DNA of 43,206 nucleotides from Alphaproteobacteria bacterium (GTDB lineage Bacteria; Pseudomonadota; Alphaproteobacteria; Bin95): NCBI GenBank assembly GCA_965205265.1, contig CBDBGH010000002.1, positions 1 to 43,206 of the forward strand, read 5' to 3'. Shown piece by piece: positions 23,875 to 32,797 of this stretch (position 1 is its first letter; each line of letters starts with the position of its first letter). The notes under the pieces were generated by a model. It saw only the letters and a program-made list of their open reading frames with translations, ran no database searches and was not told where the DNA came from. The position numbers and the translations under genes were made by a program.

Positions 23875-25590
23875 ATGGCAGTGGAAAGTGAATATTGCCT
23901 CAACCCCGCCGTAAAAATGAACATTGCGGCGGACAACATTCTGCAGTTCAGGTTCCCGGACTCGCGCCACGTCACGATCGAGTGTCCAGCCCCTGAACTG
24001 GCCGTCGAGCTGGATCGAGCGACCGCATCGCATGGCGACGCATGGAAATCAAAATTTTCTCAAATGCCTGCTGCATTGGAATCCGACATCGTATCAGAAC
24101 TTTTTGACACACTGCGCCAAGTTTGCGTTCTGATCCCGAAGGAATGTCAGTCGAACACAATAGGCCGCGCAATCTACATGCATGAACACCTTGTGACACG
24201 CGCTGCCAAAGGCAGCTTTGTAGTCCCTACATTTGAGTCCGTCTCCATCACTGGCGATGGCATACTGGCAGAAGCTGTGTCCGAAGTGATGGAACTGATG
24301 CACATATTGAATCGCACAGTGTCTTTCGAATCTGGGCTTATCACCTATTTGTCGGAAGTCCCGACGCAAGTCAGCGAAGCACCAGTGCATATTTATATCG
24401 CCGAATTTCAGGATCCGACTGTCCTGTGCAAAATGGCCGTTGAGCGCTTACCGCCGAATTCACGGCAGGCGTCTGGTGCCGGTCTCGACCGTGATGAAGC
24501 GTTGTGGTCGACGCTTGGGGAAGCCGTGGAACGGTACGCTGCCTCGAACTGGATGCACCTTGAGCTGATTGAGGCAAGCGCAGATCAAGTCCCTGGTGGG
24601 GCACATTTCCTGAGCAATGCGATTTACTTCAGTGATGCGGATTACGAGGATCCCGAATTTGAGTTCGCTCGCCCCGATCTGGACAAATTACGCCATTGGC
24701 TGAAGGGGAGATCGCTGGCGACGGGCGAGCCGTACCATGTGCCGGCCTCATGCGCCTGCATGAATTTCGAAGCGAAATATATGCACGAGATTCTTGATCG
24801 CAGCTATTCCACGGGGCTGGCGTCACACATATCTTTCAAAGCGGCGATCTATACCGGCCTTTGCGAAGTGGTCGAGCGGGATGGGTATTGCAGCTATTGG
24901 CTGTCGAAGACCTCGCCGGATGTTCTGTCCGATGATTTGGTTCTCAACCTGATCCCCGAACGCTTGTCGCACGAGCTTGCGCGTTTGGAGCTGAATTTGC
25001 GCGTGTTTGCGATGCGTACGGATGTTGAGGTGCCGATAATCGTCAGCTGCATTCGAATCGAGGATGGTGGAATCGCCACCGGCGCATCATGCAACCTGAA
25101 CCTGGCTGACGCTGTGACCAAGGCCATCGTGGAGTCAATGCACACATACAATTGGTGCCTTGATATGAAGCGGCTTGATACGTCAGTCGAAAATAAGCTG
25201 GAGATCGACGATTTCCCGGATCACGTCTCGTACTACCTAAATAGACGGAAGTCGGATTCCTATCTGTGGTGGGTGGACGCACCAAATGTCATACACGAAA
25301 TCCCGGCTGAATGGGTGACAGACACCAGCAGCCCAAAGGAGAAGCTGGACCTTCTTGTTTCGCAGGTTGTGAAAGCGGGGTTCGAGCCAGCTTGGCTTGA
25401 TCTCACCAGTCCCGACACGGCTGATATTGGATTCGTGGTTGTTAAAGCCTTTGTTGCGGGACTCCAACCGCTCTCGGCGGGTTATCTCAGCCCACAGACT
25501 GACCCCCGCCGCATTGCGCAGTTCGCAGACTATCGCGGCATCGATTGGGGTGGTCGCATCGAGTTTGATCCACCACACGCTTTTCCGTGA
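23875..25590 (+). CDS. YcaO cyclodehydratase with an N-terminal RRE-like extension, 571 aa
   Basis: ATP-binding motifs SGAG..LGEAVERY, STGLASH and GLCEVVERD; Pro-rich C-terminus PPHAFP typical of azoline-forming YcaOs; about 140-aa N-terminal extension. Confidence 0.92.
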   Translation: MAVESEYCLNPAVKMNIAADNILQFRFPDSRHVTIECPAPELAVELDRATASHGDAWKSKFSQMPAALESDIVSELFDTLRQVCVLIPKECQSNTIGRAIYMHEHLVTRAAKGSFVVPTFESVSITGDGILAEAVSEVMELMHILNRTVSFESGLITYLSEVPTQVSEAPVHIYIAEFQDPTVLCKMAVERLPPNSRQASGAGLDRDEALWSTLGEAVERYAASNWMHLELIEASADQVPGGAHFLSNAIYFSDADYEDPEFEFARPDLDKLRHWLKGRSLATGEPYHVPASCACMNFEAKYMHEILDRSYSTGLASHISFKAAIYTGLCEVVERDGYCSYWLSKTSPDVLSDDLVLNLIPERLSHELARLELNLRVFAMRTDVEVPIIVSCIRIEDGGIATGASCNLNLADAVTKAIVESMHTYNWCLDMKRLDTSVENKLEIDDFPDHVSYYLNRRKSDSYLWWVDAPNVIHEIPAEWVTDTSSPKEKLDLLVSQVVKAGFEPAWLDLTSPDTADIGFVVVKAFVAGLQPLSAGYLSPQTDPRRIAQFADYRGIDWGGRIEFDPPHAFP

Positions 25591-25597
25591 GGATGGC

Positions 25598-26422
25598 ATG
25601 AACCTGTCAAAATATATCACCGTTAACGGCTTCGAACCCGACCAGTTGGAAGAATGTACCGCCTTTCACGATACGACCAAGATTAAGCCATTCTCGTCCG
25701 TAAAGACCTTTCTGAGATCGTCCCAATACGTAGATTCGACGCGGGGCGTCGAAGAGACGAGCCGTAACTATCGCAACTACAACGCCCCATGGGAAGGCAT
25801 CAGCGATGCCAAACTCCCGTCGACCGGGTTTGACCAGATCAATGAGCGGCGACGCTCAACCAGAGAGTTTGACCCCGATGTGGCGTTTGACCGGTCCAAG
25901 CTGTTGTCGGCGTTGAAGTCCTGTTGCGATACCCGGCATGGGATCACGCAATATTCAGAAACAGCAGAACTTGGGTTTCGCGGATATGCGTCGGCAGGTG
26001 GGTTGTTTCCGGTCGACATCTACCTGTTGGAACGCAAAGGGGACAGTTTCATACTGCGCTACCTCAACCCCCGCACGTCACGTTTGTACGAACTTCGCAC
26101 GTTTGGTCCCGAGCATCACGCGATGCTAAGGCGTGCCCTGTGTGATGGCAAGCATGACCTAATCGACACGACACAGGGTGTGTTCATTCTGTCGGCGGTT
26201 TGGGAGCGGTCGATCGTGAAATATGGCCGCCAGGGGTATCGGTTCTCTGTCATGGAATTGGGGATTGTGGCTCACCACCTCAGCATGTGTCTGACGGCTA
26301 TGGACGTCGACAATCTCCATTGGGGAGGTGGGTTCGAGGATCTGGTCGGCGCGTTTGTTGGCATTGATCCGCGTAGCGAAGCCGTCGGGCACCTGCTTTG
26401 GTACGGAGTTCGCTATGCTTGA
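25598..26422 (+). CDS. SagB/McbC-type FMN-dependent azoline dehydrogenase, 274 aa
   Basis: FH..TK, RRSTREF, RGYASAGGLFP, the catalytic KY in KYGRQGYRF, ELG.VAHHL, GGGFED; GAGGA RBS. Confidence 0.92.
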   Translation: MNLSKYITVNGFEPDQLEECTAFHDTTKIKPFSSVKTFLRSSQYVDSTRGVEETSRNYRNYNAPWEGISDAKLPSTGFDQINERRRSTREFDPDVAFDRSKLLSALKSCCDTRHGITQYSETAELGFRGYASAGGLFPVDIYLLERKGDSFILRYLNPRTSRLYELRTFGPEHHAMLRRALCDGKHDLIDTTQGVFILSAVWERSIVKYGRQGYRFSVMELGIVAHHLSMCLTAMDVDNLHWGGGFEDLVGAFVGIDPRSEAVGHLLWYGVRYA

Positions 26423-27653
26423 AAGCCATCGCATCACCCAGAAATTCGTTCTCTATGGGTTGCAGATGCGGGACGGTGCGTGGTCTCCCGACTTGCGGGC
26501 CGCTGTGTCGCCCGTGCATCTGCAGGACCTTGATCGGGTTGCGTATGGGGTGGATTTGGCTGCCCGGGTGTCTCTGTTCACCTATGAAAACCCGTCACAG
26601 ATACAGGTCGACCTGCGGCCGTGTATCGAGGCATTACTGACCTTCACTGGCGTTGGCCACGACATCTGCATCTGCGAAACGCATGAGCCGACCCGCGAGC
26701 GATGCTTCCAGTTTGCGTCCGGGCTGTCCCTTGTGTTCGTGCACCAATGCTCCCTAAGGGCCCCATATGCTGGATTCCTGCATGAAGTACTGCACGGCTT
26801 TGGCCTGACCGGTGTGCCTGAAATCGACGAGGGAGTCGCCATGCTGTTTGAGGAGGCCGCCAATGGGGATATGCTAAGCTATACGCCGGAAATCGGGTTG
26901 AACATTGAATGGTGTCGGGGTCTTGCCCGACGTCAGGTCTCTCCTGCCAACGTCTACACCTTTGGATCAAGTTATTTCGCGGCCATAGTCGAGGAAAAGG
27001 GCATCGGCGCAGTTTGGTCCGAGCGGGAGCGGCTGCTCCGCCTTGCGGACGCCGAGGCCATCCGAGAACATATGTGGGCGCATTTGACTGGCGTGCGATC
27101 ACGTGATGCTCCGATGCCGGAAGGTCCGGTCACTTCCGAAACGCTGGACGAGTTGTATTTCAACGGCGATCTGTCGTCTTTTTCTGCCGGGAGTCTGATG
27201 CTGTTCGACGGCATTGACCCAACACAGCTACCTGTCTCGGAGCAGATGACGTTTGCGCGGATGGTGATCTATCTGTCCACGCTCGAAATCGAGGAAATCC
27301 CGGGCTCGGTCCAGTCGCTGTTACACGATGACGCCCGGACAGGGCTACACGGGCCGGTCGACAGCTTGATCGAAATCGCGCAGGCGATCTTCGCGGCTCG
27401 GCATAGCCAGTCCCGGCTCGCCCTGAAAAAGAACTCCAGGAAACTGGAGAGGCTTCTGGTGGCGGCATGTGACATCCCTGAAATCAGGGCGGATATTCTG
27501 CTGCAGCTGGTTCAGTTCCACAAATATGTGCCTGAAATTGCGGGCGGGGATCGGGTCAGGGCGTCTGGATACGCAGCCGAGCTGGCGACATTGCCCGGCA
27601 TGGAGCGGGTGGGCCAGCAAATGTATGATGCCTTGCGGGAGGTCTCGGCATGA
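26415..27653 (+). CDS. HExxH (gluzincin-like) metallopeptidase with a helical C-terminal domain, 412 aa; candidate RiPP maturation protease
   Basis: FLHEVLHG..IDEGVA; GGAG RBS; start overlaps the end of the dehydrogenase gene. Confidence 0.72.
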   Translation: MLESHRITQKFVLYGLQMRDGAWSPDLRAAVSPVHLQDLDRVAYGVDLAARVSLFTYENPSQIQVDLRPCIEALLTFTGVGHDICICETHEPTRERCFQFASGLSLVFVHQCSLRAPYAGFLHEVLHGFGLTGVPEIDEGVAMLFEEAANGDMLSYTPEIGLNIEWCRGLARRQVSPANVYTFGSSYFAAIVEEKGIGAVWSERERLLRLADAEAIREHMWAHLTGVRSRDAPMPEGPVTSETLDELYFNGDLSSFSAGSLMLFDGIDPTQLPVSEQMTFARMVIYLSTLEIEEIPGSVQSLLHDDARTGLHGPVDSLIEIAQAIFAARHSQSRLALKKNSRKLERLLVAACDIPEIRADILLQLVQFHKYVPEIAGGDRVRASGYAAELATLPGMERVGQQMYDALREVSA

Positions 27654-27787
27654 ACTCGGACCCGCCTCCCGTCAGCGTGCGGTCGGTCAGGTTGACCAGC
27701 GGGTCGGGGATCGCCCTGACCGTCCCTGATTGGTTCAACGCGCAGCCAGAAGCGAAACTCTTTGACAGCAGATCGAGTCGTATCTGA
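27650..27787 (+). pseudogene. Translationally coupled 45-aa ORF, probably a truncated fifth operon gene (ABC-ATPase-like start?)
   Basis: ATGA overlap and GGAGG RBS. MNSDPPPVSVRSVRLTSGSGIALTVPDW then degenerates where the high-GC backbone resumes. Confidence 0.45.
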
Positions 27788-27807
27788 TCACGCCGCGGGA
27801 CCGCCCG

Positions 27808-28536
27808 TCATCTCGGACGGAAGGTGACGGCGCACCGCTGCGGCTGCCCCGTCTCCCTCGCCCTGTCGCGGCACAGGCGGTGCCTTTCCGCCTCCTCCCT
27901 GCCGGCGTCGACCCATGTGAGGACGCCCAGGGTCCGTGACCGTTCCGTTCCGTGCGCGTCCATCATGCGCCACGCCGCGTCCCAGTGGCTGACGCCCATG
28001 ACGGTCCGCGCCGCCGCCGTCTCCATCCGGTCGGGCAGCGCCCAGAGCCCGAGGGCCGCCAGCAGCAGCCCCGTCCCGACACCGGCCGCGAGGCACCGCA
28101 GGAGGTTCAGCCGCTGGCGCGCCGCCGCGGCGGGCCGCTCCACGATCCGGTCCAGCATGCCGCACAGGCCGTCGAGCCGTCGGAGGTGCCGCGCGAGCTC
28201 GCCCGTCCGCTCCCGCAGCCCGTCGGAGGTCCGGGGGAGATCCGCCGCCGCCGCGTCCAGCCTCCCGAGGCGCTCCGCGGCCGCCTCCGTCCGCCGGGCG
28301 AGGCCGTCCACGCCCTTCCGCAGCCCCGCCAGCTCGCCGGCGTACTCCGTCCGCACCAGCGCTCCCAGCGCCTCGGTGGCCCGCGCCAGGCTGGCGTCGA
28401 GCGCCGCGATCCGCTCCGCCGTGTCCCTGCGCTGCTCCGCGAGCGCCTCCGCGACCTCCCGGAAGGCCCGCTCCACGTCCCCGGCGCCGCCGTCCGCGCC
28501 GTCCTCCCAGCCGTCCGTCCCCATGCCGTCCTCCAT
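27808..28536 (-). CDS. DUF6118-like protein downstream of traA (coiled coil + TM helix + C-terminal Cys pair), 242 aa
   Basis: Position behind traA; AARTVMG.SHWDAAWRMM and C.DRA.ETGQPQRCAV tail; ATG 28536 with GAGGGG RBS. Confidence 0.72.
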   Translation of the reverse strand: MEDGMGTDGWEDGADGGAGDVERAFREVAEALAEQRRDTAERIAALDASLARATEALGALVRTEYAGELAGLRKGVDGLARRTEAAAERLGRLDAAAADLPRTSDGLRERTGELARHLRRLDGLCGMLDRIVERPAAAARQRLNLLRCLAAGVGTGLLLAALGLWALPDRMETAAARTVMGVSHWDAAWRMMDAHGTERSRTLGVLTWVDAGREEAERHRLCRDRARETGQPQRCAVTFRPR

Positions 28537-28550
28537 CGCCGTCGCCCCCC

Positions 28551-31064
28551 TCAGAGGCCCATGCCCGGTCCCATGCCGCGCCCGCGCTCCGCCGCCCGGG
28601 CCCTCTCCAGCTCCGCCGCCTCCTCCCGCGCCCGTGACGCCGCCGCGATCCGCTGGCGCAGCCGCTCCGTCACCCCGTCGGTGAGCGCCGTCGGCGGCGG
28701 AGGCTCCCGGCCGCCCTCCGGGAACCGAAGGAACGTCCCTTTCAGGGAGGGCACCGCCTCCAGCCCGCGGCCCAGGCCCCGCCCGATGCGGTACAGCCAC
28801 CCCGCCAGCCCGCGACGCGCCAGGAACCCGGCGCAGTCCAGCGCGTTCGGCGACAGCCCGGACCGCGACAGCCGCCGCGACAGGCCCCCGAAGCCCCCGA
28901 ACGTCTCCCGCGCCGCGTGGAGCCGGACGTCCTCCCGGTGCCGCGTCATCGCCACGTAGGTCAGGTGACGGTCCATCGTCGCGCCCGCGAACGCGAACGT
29001 CCGGTCCACCGTCGCGCCCTGCGACCTGTGCACCGTCACCGCGTAGCCGTGGTCGATGGCCCGGAACGCCTCCGCGTCGACCTCCAGCGCCGCCCCGCCG
29101 CCGTCCGGGCGAACCCGCATGGACGTCCCCTCCATGGCCTCCACCGTCCCCAGCGCGCCGTTGCGCACCCCGAGGCGGGCGTCGTTGGCCAGGAACGCGA
29201 TCCGGTCCCCCGCCGCGAACGTCCGCTCGCCCTGCACCGTCGCCACCGCGGTCCCCCCCTCCGGCAGCCGCCCCGCCGCCCGCAGGCCCTCCCGCACCAG
29301 CAGGTTGATGTCCCGCACGTCCTCGCGCCGGTGCGCCAGCGCAAGGCGCGACGCCTCCGGACGCTCCAGCGCGTCCAGCGTCCAGCCCTCCGCCAGCGCC
29401 GCCAGCGCCCCCTCCCGCGTGTCGTCCCAGACGACGGCGCCCTCCCGCCGGTAGGCCTCCAGCCCCTCCGCCGTCCGCCGCGCCGCGAACAGCTCCGACG
29501 CCCGCCGGTGCGCCTTCCGCCGCTGGCGGCGTATTTCCGTCACCGCCGCCACCCCGCAGCGCTCCGACAGCGCCCTGAACGCCGCGCCGGCCCCGATCGG
29601 CTGAAGCTGCTCGGGATCGCCCACCAGAACCGCCTTCGCCCCGCGCCGGTCCACCTCCCCCAGCACCGCCGACAGCTGCGCCGTGCCCAGCATCCCCGCC
29701 TCGTCGACGACCAGCACGTCCCCCGCCCCGAGCCGGTCCTCCCCGCGCTCCCAGCGGTGCGCCCAGGCCGACAGCGTCCGCGACGCGATCCCCGAGGAGC
29801 CCCGCAGCCCGTCCGCCGCCCTGCCCGCCAGCGCCGCCCCCACCACCCGGACGCCGGCCCGCTCCCAGGCGTCCCGCGCCGCCGACAGCGCCGTCGACTT
29901 CCCCGACCCGGCCGAACCCGCCACCAGCGCGATCCGCCCGGCGCCCGTCACGTGCCGCACCGCCGCCGCCTGCTCACGCGACAGCCGCCGGCCACCCGCG
30001 GCGGACGCCGCCAGCGCGGCGGCCACGTCCCTTTCCGGAACGCCCCGACCGGCGCCCCGCAGCCGCAGCGCCGTCCGCGACAGCGCCGTCTCCAGCGCCA
30101 CCGTCCGCCGCGTCGTGTAGAGCTCCGCGGGGACACCACCGCCGGCGGAGACCTCCACCAGCTCCGGCGAGGCCAGCGCCGCCCGCACCGCCGCCTCCAC
30201 AGCCGCCGGGTCGCCGCCCAACGCCCGCCGCGCCGCGGCCTCGACGTCGCCGCGGCGGAACACGCTCCGCCCGTCGGCCACCAGCCGCAGCAGGTCCCCC
30301 GCCCGGTCGGACAGAGCCGCGAGGTTCCACTCCCGGTCGGGGGCGGACAGCGCCGTCCGCTCCACCGCCGCGCCCCGCCGCGCCAGCGCCGTCGCGTGGA
30401 CCCCCACCGTCCGCGTCGGGCGCGCGCAGAGGTCCCGCGCCGCGTGCGACCGGTGGTCGATCCGGAGGTCGTGCCCCGCCCGCGCCAGCGCGTCGTTCGC
30501 CAGGTCCGCCCACTGCGCCCGGAGCGCCCGCACGCGCTCCGGGCCCGTCGCCAGCCCACGCCGCCGCAGCCACCCGTTCTCCCGCTCCAGCAGGATCTTG
30601 TCACCGAGCCCGTCCGCCGTCACCTCCCGCACCGTCAGCAGGATGTGCGCGTGGTGGTTGCGCCCGTCGCCGCCACGCGGCGGCGCGTGCACCGCCCAGT
30701 CCGCCGCGCAGCGGTGCCCCTCCGCAAGGTGCCGCGCCAGGGCCTCCGCAAGGTCCCGCCGCTGGCCGTCCGTCAGCTCCGCCGGAAGCGCAACCTCGAC
30801 CTCCTGCGCCGTCCGGGCGTCCCGCCGCCGCTCCGCCGCCTCCGCCGCGTTCCACAGCGCCTCCCGGTCCAGCGCCCACGGCGCGTCGACGCCCGACGGA
30901 AGGACGATCCCAGCCGCCGCCACGCCGCCCTTCGGGCGGAAGTCGTGCGACAGGCCCGTCCGCGCGTCCCGCAGAAGCGCGCCGGCCCGGTAGGCCGCCG
31001 CCGCAACCGCGCTGCGGCCCGTCGAGCGGCGAACCGGCTTCACGCTCAGGTGGTGGATCGCCAT
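28551..31064 (-). CDS. traA: TraA relaxase-helicase (repeat copy)
   Basis: Identical to 252..2765. Confidence 0.93.
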   Translation of the reverse strand: MAIHHLSVKPVRRSTGRSAVAAAAYRAGALLRDARTGLSHDFRPKGGVAAAGIVLPSGVDAPWALDREALWNAAEAAERRRDARTAQEVEVALPAELTDGQRRDLAEALARHLAEGHRCAADWAVHAPPRGGDGRNHHAHILLTVREVTADGLGDKILLERENGWLRRRGLATGPERVRALRAQWADLANDALARAGHDLRIDHRSHAARDLCARPTRTVGVHATALARRGAAVERTALSAPDREWNLAALSDRAGDLLRLVADGRSVFRRGDVEAAARRALGGDPAAVEAAVRAALASPELVEVSAGGGVPAELYTTRRTVALETALSRTALRLRGAGRGVPERDVAAALAASAAGGRRLSREQAAAVRHVTGAGRIALVAGSAGSGKSTALSAARDAWERAGVRVVGAALAGRAADGLRGSSGIASRTLSAWAHRWERGEDRLGAGDVLVVDEAGMLGTAQLSAVLGEVDRRGAKAVLVGDPEQLQPIGAGAAFRALSERCGVAAVTEIRRQRRKAHRRASELFAARRTAEGLEAYRREGAVVWDDTREGALAALAEGWTLDALERPEASRLALAHRREDVRDINLLVREGLRAAGRLPEGGTAVATVQGERTFAAGDRIAFLANDARLGVRNGALGTVEAMEGTSMRVRPDGGGAALEVDAEAFRAIDHGYAVTVHRSQGATVDRTFAFAGATMDRHLTYVAMTRHREDVRLHAARETFGGFGGLSRRLSRSGLSPNALDCAGFLARRGLAGWLYRIGRGLGRGLEAVPSLKGTFLRFPEGGREPPPPTALTDGVTERLRQRIAAASRAREEAAELERARAAERGRGMGPGMGL

Positions 31065-31113
31065 CGCGGCCTCCCGGGATGTCTTCACGGACACACGCAG
31101 CGTAGCGGGGCGC

Positions 31114-31155
31114 GAGTTGCGGAGCAACTCATAAGCGCGCCTTTACTCCGTAAAG
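31114..31155 (+). other. oriT (repeat copy)
   Basis: Identical to 2815..2856. Confidence 0.78.
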
Positions 31156-31212
31156 TGGGATGGCGCGGGGGACACCCCGGATTCCGCGTTGCGCGCGGGG
31201 GCGGGACGCGGT

Positions 31213-31596
31213 ATGGCCCTCCGGAAACGGACGGAGGGGCGCGTGGATATCGGGATCGAGGACATCCTGGACTGCCTGAACGCGCGGACGGTCAGGTGCA
31301 CGTACGGCGCCGTCGCGGGCGCGCTGGGGATCGCCGCGGTGGGTGTCGGAAGGCTGCTCGGTGAGCACCGCCGGGAGGCGTCATGGGTCGTGAACGCGGA
31401 AACCGGCTGGCCGACAGGCTACGCGCCGGAGGATATCCACCCGGACCTGGAAGGGAGCCATCTGGTCACCGGGCCGGAGGAGCTGCTGGAGATGGTGGAA
31501 CAGCATGTCCGCTGTCGCCTCGCGGCCGGTCTCGGGGCGGGGCTGCTTCTCGCTGCCCTCGGGCTCTGGGCGCTGTCCGGGAGCGGACGGCCATGA
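31213..31596 (+). CDS. Hypothetical protein (repeat copy)
   Basis: Identical to 2914..3297. Confidence 0.55.
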   Translation: MALRKRTEGRVDIGIEDILDCLNARTVRCTYGAVAGALGIAAVGVGRLLGEHRREASWVVNAETGWPTGYAPEDIHPDLEGSHLVTGPEELLEMVEQHVRCRLAAGLGAGLLLAALGLWALSGSGRP

Positions 31597-31937
31597 CGGG
31601 CGGAAGGCGGAGGACGGACGGCGAGCGGCTCGAGGAGCTCGCGGAGAGGAAGAAAGCCATCGAGGCGCGCATGCAGGCCATCAGGGCCCGCACCGAGCAG
31701 AGACGCCGGAAGGAGGACACAAGGAGGAAGATCCTGCTCGGCGCGTTGATCCTCCACGAGATGGAGAACCCGGGGACCGGCGGACGGCTCAGGGGCTGGG
31801 CCGCCCGCAGGCTGCCGGGGTTCGTCAGGGAACGCGACCGACATCTCTTCGAGGGGATCGGCCTCGACATCGACTGGGGGGAACCGGGAAAGACGGACGC
31901 GGACGGGAAGGAAGGGGCTGAGCCGGATGGCCGGTGA
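31593..31937 (+). CDS. MobC/TraD-like protein (repeat copy)
   Basis: Identical to 3294..3638. Confidence 0.8.
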   Translation: MTGGRRRTDGERLEELAERKKAIEARMQAIRARTEQRRRKEDTRRKILLGALILHEMENPGTGGRLRGWAARRLPGFVRERDRHLFEGIGLDIDWGEPGKTDADGKEGAEPDGR

Positions 31938-32495
31938 GGCGCCGGGACAACGTCTCCTGCTCGGCACCGACGGCCTGCTCCGCAGCCGGACCGGGCGTGT
32001 CTGGGCTGGTGACAGGATCGACGCGGCGCGCATCGAGGTCCCGCATCTCGCGCCCCATGTCATGACGCTCGATACCGGCGGCACGGGCGGTGGCGATGCC
32101 GTAAGGATCCTCGTCCGCTACTCCTGCCACTGCTGGAGCTCCGGATGGGACGGCGGCGGTCCGCCGCCGGAATTCCTCATCATGGACGGGAACCGCGCGC
32201 GTGTCTTCGACCGCACGCGTTTCGACGCGTCCCTCGAACTGCCGGACCTGATCGCCGCGCTGCCGGAAATCCAGGTTTACGTGACCCGTTCCGAACGGAA
32301 CTACGGGTGCTGCCGCGGCGACGGAGCGCCCGTCGCCCGCGAGGCGTATTCGACGGTTTCCGGCACACGCTCCTCATGCAGGTGGAAAGCGCCTATCCGC
32401 GCGTCCAGCCGGAGGAGGGAAGGGCAAGGACGGGCCTGCGCGCGGTCGTCGCCGCGGCGCGCAGGGGAGCGGTCGTCAGGTACCGCCGCCCGTGA
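31927..32495 (+). pseudogene. Frameshifted hypothetical gene (repeat copy)
   Basis: Identical to 3628..4196. Confidence 0.55.
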
Positions 32496-32614
32496 AACGC
32501 CGAGGGAGCCTCGCGGCTCCCTGGCTACCTCGGCGACCTCTTCAATCCACCCTTGCGGTTGGACCGCCTCGCGGCGGCGGGGGGGCTCTCCCGGCCGATC
32601 ATGAACCCCTATGG
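32496..32614 (-). ncRNA. Candidate structured RNA (repeat copy)
   Basis: Identical to 4197..4315. Confidence 0.5.
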
Positions 32615-32797
32615 AACCGACATGGGATGCCGACGGGGGGTGTGTCAACCATAAATCCCCGGAATGTCGAAGACGCCATGCCGCATTGCCGCGACCGATC
32701 CGCGGTCGACGGCTTTCAATCCCCGGGGCCGCCCGGCGTTCGACAAACCCTCCCTTCATGGCGCAACCTTCTCACCGGACATCCAGAGGGACACAGA

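Noticed and set aside
26770-26850. HExxH protein as an alpha-KG-dependent RiPP oxygenase
   Set aside because: The downstream EGxA third-ligand motif fits a zinc gluzincin better and no radical SAM partner is present. Not fully excluded without structure prediction.
23378-27588. 26-bp inverted repeats as transposon ends mobilising the RiPP cluster
   Set aside because: The right copy lies inside the peptidase reading frame, the flanks show no target duplication, and the sequence resembles no IS end I know.
23681-27653. Thiopeptide, lanthipeptide or thioamitide interpretation of the cluster
   Set aside because: No LanB/LanC, pyridine synthase or TfuA gene anywhere on the unit. A YcaO with a Pro-rich tail plus SagB points to a linear azole peptide.
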